DNA of 64,000 nucleotides from an uncultured Flavobacteriaceae bacterium (GTDB lineage Bacteria; Bacteroidota; Bacteroidia; Flavobacteriales; Flavobacteriaceae): NCBI GenBank assembly GCA_947493175.1, contig CANLQD010000001.1, positions 776,748 to 840,747 of the forward strand, read 5' to 3'. Shown piece by piece: positions 56,753 to 64,000 of this stretch (position 1 is its first letter; each line of letters starts with the position of its first letter). The notes under the pieces were generated by a model. It saw only the letters and a program-made list of their open reading frames with translations, ran no database searches and was not told where the DNA came from. The position numbers and the translations under genes were made by a program.

Positions 56753-57106
56753 CTCGTATTTAATAAAATTCTTGCAAAAATAAGCTGCCTCGAAGTAATA
56801 ACGCTATAACCCTTGTTATTATTGATAGCTCTCATAAAAAGTTGTTCATTTCTGCCATAACGGATTACGAATACCCATTCGAGGTAACACACCATGCCAT
56901 TTTGGCGATCGACCTCACTATAACTTTGTATTTTTGTTACCTCAAAGTTGTATTTTTGAACTCATTTAGACTTTTTAGATTTAAGCGAATTAGCTATTTC
57001 GAGCCAAATTGAAGGCTTTTTTAAGTTGCATAGCAGCGCTACGGAACGAAAAAAGACAAAGAGTTGGTTTGAAAGAGCCATTTTTTAGCAAATTGAAAAA
57101 GTCTAA

Positions 57107-57820
57107 ATGAGTTCTTTATTAAAACTCCCAAGTCTGAAAACTTTTCACTTATTTTCCTTTGGAAAATCAAACCTCGTATTATTTTCCCTGCTGCTGCTAG
57201 ATGTGCTATTTGCAATGAACCATATCTATATGGTACTATCACAGAACTGGAATACTTTTTTTGCACTGACCGAAGATCTTTCCTTACCTGAATATTTTCA
57301 ATATCTAAAACTTATCTGTACCCTATTCCTCCTTTTCTATCTATTTCTAAGAAAAAAAGACGTGGGATACATCGCCTGGTTCCTGTTTTTTGCCCTGCTA
57401 CTAGGAGATGATGCGTTTCAGCTGCACGAAAGGTATGGAGCAATGTTAGTTTACCATTTAAATTTGCAGCCCCTGTTTGGACTAAGGGCAGTAGATTTTG
57501 GAGAAATGCTGTACGCTTCTTTGGCAGGGTTCATCGTAATACCATTTATGGCAGTTTCGTATTATAAGGGGTCATGGGAATTTCGTAAAATATCTGTTGA
57601 CATAACACTATTGGTAGGTATTTTACTTTTTTTTGGGATTGTTGTAGATGCGATTCACTCCATGCTTTCCGAAGTTGTGTACATAAGCGGGATTTTAGCA
57701 CTTATCGAAGATGGTGGCGAGATGGTGGCGGTGAGTATTATCACATGGTATTTTTACTTTTTGTTCATGCATCCAAACCGGAAGGAACTCTTTTTACATG
57801 AGGTCTTCGTTTCTTCTTGA
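57107..57820 (+). CDS. Integral membrane protein of unknown function
   Basis: ~6 TM; PEYFQYLK, DDAFQLHE, EDGGEM motifs with conserved-looking acidic/His residues. Confidence 0.7.
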   Translation: MSSLLKLPSLKTFHLFSFGKSNLVLFSLLLLDVLFAMNHIYMVLSQNWNTFFALTEDLSLPEYFQYLKLICTLFLLFYLFLRKKDVGYIAWFLFFALLLGDDAFQLHERYGAMLVYHLNLQPLFGLRAVDFGEMLYASLAGFIVIPFMAVSYYKGSWEFRKISVDITLLVGILLFFGIVVDAIHSMLSEVVYISGILALIEDGGEMVAVSIITWYFYFLFMHPNRKELFLHEVFVSS

Positions 57821-57828
57821 GCGCGGTT

Positions 57829-59994
57829 CTAATTCTTCATTTCGTCGACCGATAGGATACCGGGCAGTTCCCTAAATCCCATATTGTACAAGGTAAATCC
57901 AAAAATATCGGCATACTGTTCAATGGTTTTGCTAACTGGAGTACCGGCTCCATGACCTGCATTGGTCTCGATTCGAATGAGTGTCGGGTTGGCTCCGGTC
58001 TGTTTCGACTGAAGTTCGGCAGCAAACTTAAAGCTATGTGCGGGCACTACGCGATCATCGTGATCTCCTGTGGTTACCAGGGTTGCGGGGTAAGCAACCC
58101 CTTCTTTCACGTTATGAACAGGTGAATACCCTTTCAAGTATTCGAACATTTCTTTGCTATCTTCCGAGGTGCCATAGTCATAAGCCCACCCTGCCCCAGC
58201 GGTAAAGGTATGGTACCGTAACATATCAAGTACGCCTACGGCAGGGAGCGCTACCTTCATCAAATCGGGTCGTTGCGTCATCGTGGCACCGACCAAAAGC
58301 CCTCCGTTAGAACCACCACGAATGGCAAGGTAATCGGAAGAAGTGTAGTTTTCTTGAATCAAATATTCGGCCGCAGTAATAAAATCATCGAATACATTTT
58401 GCTTTTGCATTTTGGTACCGGCATCATGCCATTTTTTACCATATTCGCCTCCCCCGCGAAGGTTCGGAACGGCATAGATACCTCCCTGTTCCATCCAAAC
58501 CGCATTTACAATACTGAATGATGGGGTAAGACTAACATTGAACCCGCCATAACCGTAAAGAATAGTCGGATTTTTACCACCTCGTTTCAATCCTTTTTTG
58601 TGGGTAATGATCATAGGTACTTTTGTACCGTCTTTGGAAGTATAAAAAACCTGGTTCGATTCATAATCATCAGGGTCGAAATCGATTTCTGGTTTCCAGT
58701 ATGTTTCGTAGACCCCTGTTTCCACATTGTATTTATAAGATGATCCGGGGGTTACATAATTAGTGAACGAAAAATAAAATTCGGTATCTTCTTTTTTTCC
58801 TCCAAAACCACTCGCACTACCTACTCCGGGTAGCTGCACTTCACGTACCAAATTTCCATCATAATCGTACTGGAACACCTTGGAAATGGCATCGACCATA
58901 TACTCCGCAAAAAAGTACCCACCCCCGGTATTTGGGCTCAGCACATTTTCGGTCTCTGGAATAAAGTCGACCCAATTCTCGGGTGCGGGGTTTGAAGCAT
59001 CTACCGTAACGATCTTTTGGTTCGGCGCATTTCTGTTGGTAACGATATACAACTTTGAGTCTACATTTTCTATGATGTAATTATCGGAGTCGGTATCGGC
59101 CACTATTGGGATCAAAGGGGCCTTCCCATCGGCAAGCTGTTTGATGAACAATTTGTTTCCCGAAGTGGAAACAGACGCTGAAATGATAAGGTATTTCTGA
59201 TCTTCGGTAACGTAGGCGCCAATATAACGATGCTTTTCTTCCGGGGTACCACCAAAAATAAGCTCGTCTTCTTGCTGTGGAGTTCCCAACCGATGGTAAT
59301 ACACTTTATGTTGGTCGGTCTTTGCCGACAGCTCACTCCCCTTAGGTTTGTCGTAGCTAGAATAGTAAAATCCTTCATTGCCCTTCCAAGAGATGCCACT
59401 AAACTTGATATCAATTAAAGTATCCTCAACGATCTGCATCGTCTTTGTGTTGAGAACGATTCCTTTTCGCCAATCGCTACCTCCTTCTGAGATGAGATAA
59501 GCCGCCATGGAACCATCTTTGGTAAATCGAAGCCCCGCCAAGGAAGTAGTTCCGTCTTCGGAAAACGTATTCGGATCTAGAAACACTTCGGGTTCGCCAT
59601 CTCCCTTTTGACGATAGACGACGTATTGGTTCTGAAGACCATTGTTTTTATAAAAATACGTGTAGTCGCCTTCCTTAAAAGGAGAACCTAATTTTTCATA
59701 GTTCCAAAGGGCTTCCAAGCGTTTTTTAAGCTGACTTCTGAACGGAATCTGGTCTAAATATTGAAATGTGGTATTGTTTTGTCGATTGACCCATTTTTCG
59801 GTGTCCGGACTTCGATCGTCTTCCAACCATCGGTAGGGATCTTCGACCTGGGTTCCAAAATAGGTATCTGTTACACCCATTTTTGCGGTGCTTGGATATT
59901 TCACAGGAGTTACTTCATTTTGAGTTTGAGTGACGGCCATATGCACTACACCAAAGGTAAATGCTGCCATAAGAATCGTTTTCATAGTCTTCAT
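57829..59994 (-). CDS. Prolyl oligopeptidase (S9A), exported
   Basis: [32 protein letters not shown]; signal peptide. Confidence 0.95.
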   Translation of the reverse strand: MKTMKTILMAAFTFGVVHMAVTQTQNEVTPVKYPSTAKMGVTDTYFGTQVEDPYRWLEDDRSPDTEKWVNRQNNTTFQYLDQIPFRSQLKKRLEALWNYEKLGSPFKEGDYTYFYKNNGLQNQYVVYRQKGDGEPEVFLDPNTFSEDGTTSLAGLRFTKDGSMAAYLISEGGSDWRKGIVLNTKTMQIVEDTLIDIKFSGISWKGNEGFYYSSYDKPKGSELSAKTDQHKVYYHRLGTPQQEDELIFGGTPEEKHRYIGAYVTEDQKYLIISASVSTSGNKLFIKQLADGKAPLIPIVADTDSDNYIIENVDSKLYIVTNRNAPNQKIVTVDASNPAPENWVDFIPETENVLSPNTGGGYFFAEYMVDAISKVFQYDYDGNLVREVQLPGVGSASGFGGKKEDTEFYFSFTNYVTPGSSYKYNVETGVYETYWKPEIDFDPDDYESNQVFYTSKDGTKVPMIITHKKGLKRGGKNPTILYGYGGFNVSLTPSFSIVNAVWMEQGGIYAVPNLRGGGEYGKKWHDAGTKMQKQNVFDDFITAAEYLIQENYTSSDYLAIRGGSNGGLLVGATMTQRPDLMKVALPAVGVLDMLRYHTFTAGAGWAYDYGTSEDSKEMFEYLKGYSPVHNVKEGVAYPATLVTTGDHDDRVVPAHSFKFAAELQSKQTGANPTLIRIETNAGHGAGTPVSKTIEQYADIFGFTLYNMGFRELPGILSVDEMKN

Positions 59995-60166
59995 TCATGG
60001 AAAGGCTAAAAATAGTGTAAAAAACGCTTTAAACAATTGAAAACAGATAGTTTTCACATGAAGTAATAGACATAGTACCCTTGGCCTAAAAGTACATCGG
60101 CTATCAAAAAACTTCGTTTAATCGAACCTCAAAATATAAGGGTGAAGAGCTTTCTCGGCTCCCAGA

Positions 60167-61156
60167 TTATACCAATTTGTTTTCCAATAAATATTCCGCT
60201 ATCTGCACCGCATTTGTGGCGGCTCCCTTTCGCAGGTTATCGGAGACAATCCACATATTCAACGTATTTGGTTGGGTCTCGTCCCTACGAATGCGTCCTA
60301 CAAAAACCTCATCTTTATCATGTGCGTAAATAGGCATCGGATACGTGTTCGTGTCTGGATTATCCTGGACCGTGACCCCAGCTGTATCATTTAATAGGAG
60401 GCGCACCTCGTTCAATTCAAAATCGTTTTCAAATTCAACATTTACCGATTCAGAATGTCCGCCTGCCGTGGGAATGCGTACTGCGGTCGCCGAAACAGAA
60501 AAGGTGCGGTCATCGAGTATTTTTTGTGGTTCCCGGGCCAATTTCATCTCTTCTTTCGTATAGCCATTTTCCATGAACACATCGCAATGGGGCAATGCAT
60601 TTCTGCTGATCGGATATGGGTAGGCCATTTCACCTTCGACCCCCGCAATTTCGTTCTCCAATTGGCGTACTGCCTTTACCCCTGTTCCAGAAACCGATTG
60701 GTAGGTAGAGATCACCACCCGTTTCATCTTATACTTTTGGTGCAAAGGTGCCAATGCCATTACCAACTGAATTGTAGAACAGTTTGGGTTTGCGATTATT
60801 TTGTCGCTGGCGGTTAATTCGCATGCATTGATTTCGGGTACGACCAGCTTTTTGGTAGGATCCATTCGCCAAGCGGAAGAGTTGTCGACAACGGTGGTGC
60901 CTACCTCCGCAAACTTTGGGGCCCATTCCAATGAGGTATCCCCACCGGCAGAGAAAATGGCAATATCGGGTTGCGCATCTACGGCATCGGCCAAACCGAT
61001 AATGGTATATTCCTGTCCTTTGTAGGTCAACTTCTTTCCCACAGACCGTTTCGAAGCTACCAATAACAAGTCGGTAATAGGGAAGTTACGCTCTGCCAGT
61101 ACTTTTAGCATTACCTCGCCCACCATTCCAGTGGCGCCTACAACAGCTACTTTCAT
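60167..61156 (-). CDS. asd: Aspartate-semialdehyde dehydrogenase
   Basis: VVGATGMVG, NPNCSTIQ, DNLRKGAA. Confidence 0.97.
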   Translation of the reverse strand: MKVAVVGATGMVGEVMLKVLAERNFPITDLLLVASKRSVGKKLTYKGQEYTIIGLADAVDAQPDIAIFSAGGDTSLEWAPKFAEVGTTVVDNSSAWRMDPTKKLVVPEINACELTASDKIIANPNCSTIQLVMALAPLHQKYKMKRVVISTYQSVSGTGVKAVRQLENEIAGVEGEMAYPYPISRNALPHCDVFMENGYTKEEMKLAREPQKILDDRTFSVSATAVRIPTAGGHSESVNVEFENDFELNEVRLLLNDTAGVTVQDNPDTNTYPMPIYAHDKDEVFVGRIRRDETQPNTLNMWIVSDNLRKGAATNAVQIAEYLLENKLV

Positions 61157-61174
61157 TTTCTACATTTTAGAGGG

Positions 61175-61205
61175 CAAATGTAGTTCAATGGCTATTACAG
61201 CGCAA
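61175..61205 (-). promoter_or_regulatory. Bacteroidota housekeeping promoter for asd
   Basis: Minus strand: TTG (61205-61203), 20-bp spacer, TACATTTG (61182-61175). Confidence 0.68.
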
Positions 61206-61274
61206 GGAAAGAATCAAGAATTTTAAAAATATAACTAATTGTTTTAAATATAACAACTGATGTGTGCGACTCTC

Positions 61275-61305
61275 AAAAAAGAACCCCCACCAAAAGGCAG
61301 GGGTT
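61275..61305 (-). terminator. Intrinsic terminator after mscL
   Basis: Minus strand AACCCCTGCC-TTTT-GGTGGGGGTT then CTTTTTT. Confidence 0.72.
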
Positions 61306-61362
61306 TTAGGAATAGTAGTGTAGCGGTCATCGCTACCCCTTTTCTATAAGGGATGAGATGTA

Positions 61363-61764
61363 TTACTTTTTCAAGGCGTCCCGAATTTCCATCAAGAGTT
61401 CCTCTTGTGTTGGTCCTTTTGGTTCTTCTGGTGCCGGCTCTTCTTTTTTCTTCATTTTGTTTACTCCCTTAACGATCATAAACATGACAAAGGCAACAAT
61501 TATGAAGTCGATTACATTCGTCAAGAACTCACCATACAGTACGGCTACTTCTCCTACTTTTTCGCCAGCGTCATTCATAGCTCCTTCTTTGATAATATAT
61601 TTTAAGTCCTTAAAGTCTGCATCAAAGATAAGACCTATAAGCGGAGAAACAATTCCTCCAGTAAACGAAGCCACGACCTTATTGAAAGCGGCACCCATCA
61701 CGAAACCTACGGCAATATCTACCAGGTTTCCTTTCATGGCAAATTCCTTGAATTCTTTTAACAT
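61363..61764 (-). CDS. mscL: Large-conductance mechanosensitive channel
   Basis: MLKEFKEFAMKGNLVDIAVG...LLMEIRDALK. Confidence 0.97.
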   Translation of the reverse strand: MLKEFKEFAMKGNLVDIAVGFVMGAAFNKVVASFTGGIVSPLIGLIFDADFKDLKYIIKEGAMNDAGEKVGEVAVLYGEFLTNVIDFIIVAFVMFMIVKGVNKMKKKEEPAPEEPKGPTQEELLMEIRDALKK

Positions 61765-61840
61765 TTTAGTGTTTTTTAGTGGTTAATAGTCTTGCAATGT
61801 ACTGAAAAAAAGGTTTCACAACAAAATGTTAAGAAACATT

Positions 61841-62950
61841 TTAATTGTCTAAAAACCGGCGTTTTACACGCTGCGAAATACCGGTCAATAGTTCATAGGA
61901 GATTGTATTGGCTCTAGCAGCGAAGGCTTCTGCTGTAGGGTTTTTGCCAAAAATGGTTACCTCATCTCCCTCTTTGCATTCGATTCCCGTGACATTAATC
62001 ATAATCATATCCATACAGACATTACCGACAATGAAAGCTTTTTGGTCATGTACCAAAACATAGCTTGAACCGTTCCCGTAAATACGGCCAATACCGTCTG
62101 CGTGTCCTAATGGTAGCGTAGCAATGGTACATCGTTCAGCTGCGACAAAAGCCCTGTTGTACCCAACGCTCTCACCGGGTCCAATTTGGTGTATTTGAGA
62201 GATAATCGTTTTTAAGCTGGCCACGGGTCTAAGTCGAGCATCTACTTGGGCCTCATTTCCGAACCCATAAAGTCCTATACCACTGCGCACCATTTGAAAC
62301 TGTGCGTCGGGATAGTTTATAATACCCGAAGTGTTCAGCAGATGACGAAACGGGCTATACCCCAACTTCGAATCAAGTACGGTCCCAATTCTTTTGAAGG
62401 TACTGATCTGCCCTTTCGTAAAGGGTAGTTCTCGAAGATCTTCCGAAGCGGCCAAATGGGAGAACAGCGAGACCGCTCGAACATTTTTATTGGTTTTAAG
62501 TTGTTCCCCAAGGTACTCGATATCCTTTTCCAAAAAACCCAAGCGGTTCAACCCAGTATTAAATTTTAAATGTATGGGATAGTTTCTCTGATCATGTTTT
62601 TTGGCGGCATCCAAAAAGGTGGTTAACATATGCCTAGAGTAAATACTGGGTTCTAAACAACGAGTGATGAGCGTATCGAAGTTTACCGATTGCGGATGCA
62701 GTACCAAAATAGGTTTCGTTACTCCCGCATCGCGTAAGGCAACCCCTTCCTGAACGTAAGCCACTGCCAGATAGTCGACTCCAAGGTCCTGTAATTTTAA
62801 GGCAATACGTTCGGCATCGCTCCCATAGGCAAAAGCCTTGACCACTCCCAAAAAATATGTCGTTGGTTGCAAGCGATTACGTAAAAACCAGTAATTGTGC
62901 TCCAGAGCATCCAAATCGATTTCCAGAACGGTTTCTTGAACCTTACCCAT
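61841..62950 (-). CDS. alr: Alanine racemase
   Basis: VVKAFAYG (PLP Lys), KFNTGLNRLG, VRSGIGLYG, GNVCMD. Confidence 0.95.
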   Translation of the reverse strand: MGKVQETVLEIDLDALEHNYWFLRNRLQPTTYFLGVVKAFAYGSDAERIALKLQDLGVDYLAVAYVQEGVALRDAGVTKPILVLHPQSVNFDTLITRCLEPSIYSRHMLTTFLDAAKKHDQRNYPIHLKFNTGLNRLGFLEKDIEYLGEQLKTNKNVRAVSLFSHLAASEDLRELPFTKGQISTFKRIGTVLDSKLGYSPFRHLLNTSGIINYPDAQFQMVRSGIGLYGFGNEAQVDARLRPVASLKTIISQIHQIGPGESVGYNRAFVAAERCTIATLPLGHADGIGRIYGNGSSYVLVHDQKAFIVGNVCMDMIMINVTGIECKEGDEVTIFGKNPTAEAFAARANTISYELLTGISQRVKRRFLDN

Positions 62951-63587
62951 TGTTGTTCTTCCGATTTGTAGAGATTTCTTCCGCTTCGACCTCCATTTGG
63001 CTTACTTTTTCCTGTAGCATTGCCTTGTAAAAAGCTGCACGGCTCAACGGCTCATAAGAGTCGGTCTCTCCCAATAGTACCAGTTTATCGTTGTTGGCCT
63101 TGCGAAAGCTATAATTGGCTAAATTTCCGGTCCGGGTGCATATAGCATGCACCTTGGTCACATACTCTGCCGTTGCCATCAAGGCTGGCATGGGCCCGAA
63201 TGGATTTCCTTTAAAGTCCATATCAAGACCCGCAACAACGACCCGAACCCCTTTGTTGGCCAAATCGTTACAGACCGTTACGATCTCATCATCGAAAAAC
63301 TGTGCCTCATCGATCCCAACCACATGGCAACCATCGGCCAATAGGCGTATGTTAGCGGCCGCTGGAACCGGGGTTGATCGGATCTCGTTCGCATCATGCG
63401 AAACGACCATATCGTCATGGTAGCGCGTATCTACCATGGGCTTAAAGATTTCTACTTTTTGTTTTGCAAATTGTGCCCGCTTCAACCGTCGGATCAGTTC
63501 CTCGGTCTTCCCAGAGAACATCGACCCGCAGATGACCTCGATCCAGCCGAATTGTTCTTTGTGGTTAACGGTATTTTCGAGAAACAT
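62943..63587 (-). CDS. tdk: Thymidine kinase
   Basis: GSMFSGKTEEL, IDEAQF, AGLDMDF. Confidence 0.96.
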   Translation of the reverse strand: MFLENTVNHKEQFGWIEVICGSMFSGKTEELIRRLKRAQFAKQKVEIFKPMVDTRYHDDMVVSHDANEIRSTPVPAAANIRLLADGCHVVGIDEAQFFDDEIVTVCNDLANKGVRVVVAGLDMDFKGNPFGPMPALMATAEYVTKVHAICTRTGNLANYSFRKANNDKLVLLGETDSYEPLSRAAFYKAMLQEKVSQMEVEAEEISTNRKNNNG

Positions 63588-63692
63588 TTTGTAATTTTAG
63601 ACGAAAATAGAACGTTTTTTCGTTCTATCTATAGGAACGATAAAATTAACCAAAAAGGCACGCCTTTTGCGGTGGAAACAAATAAAAGAGCG

Positions 63693-64000
63693 ATGAAACG
63701 TAAATTAAAGGAAGAACTTCGAAAATTATCTACCGATATCATTACGGCTAGAAACCTCGACGAGATTTCAGACCTCTATGAAGCCTCGAGGGTTTTGTAC
63801 GAAAAGTTGGCCGTGCTTAAGTTTATAGAAGAGAAATTACAGGATATCGAAATCGATGTCTCTAAAAATATTATTGCCGAGAAGTTTGAGAAAATGGCAA
63901 ATGCTGTACTTAGTGCCAATACTTCGGTCCCTGAGAGCAATCCGCATCAAGAGGATATCATCACCCCAGGAATGGATACCATCAAGGATATGGTCTCCGA
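63693..64000 (+). CDS. Hypothetical protein, truncated by the window end
   Basis: ATG 63693 opens MKRKLKEELRKLSTDII...GMDTIKDMVS with no stop before 64000; absent from the ORF track. Confidence 0.7.
   Translation, partial: MKRKLKEELRKLSTDIITARNLDEISDLYEASRVLYEKLAVLKFIEEKLQDIEIDVSKNIIAEKFEKMANAVLSANTSVPESNPHQEDIITPGMDTIKDMVS

Noticed and set aside
60038-60056. TGAAAAC-N5-GTTTTCA inverted repeat between asd and the prolyl oligopeptidase gene
   Set aside because: Short and AT-rich with no U-tract; cannot distinguish operator, weak terminator or chance.

Overview
Bacteroidota window, Flavobacteriaceae-like (yceD-rpmF-fabH-accB-accC order, TTG-N19/20-TAnnTTTG promoters, Gln at +1 of many signal peptides). 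The left ~31 kb (1-31264) is one co-oriented, tightly packed minus-strand locus of 20 genes. It holds a nearly complete type IV filament / type II secretion-like machine: secretin, one assembly ATPase, platform protein, PilMN/O/P-like parts, four pilin-like genes and a minimal prepilin peptidase. These are followed by a Skp/OmpH-like chaperone, a trimeric fibre-like protein, a lipoprotein, three giant Sec-exported proteins with RHS/YD-type motifs (2156 aa, ~2534 aa, and one running off the left edge) and a LolA-like protein. No T9SS C-terminal domain is evident on the two complete giant proteins. My inference is that the locus is a dedicated export/display system for a multi-part RHS/Tc-BC-like shell decorated with Ig, LRR and Ca/metal-binding modules. 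The right ~33 kb is mostly ordinary flavobacterial core genome: Zn-metalloprotease, TauE, SSF transporter, NagX-like protein, ribE, pdxA, fatty-acid genes, an orphan sugar-acid dehydratase, arfB, prolyl oligopeptidase, asd, mscL, alr, tdk. I saw no rRNA, tRNA, CRISPR array, integrase or transposase. Family assignments come from motif recognition by eye, not from database searches.
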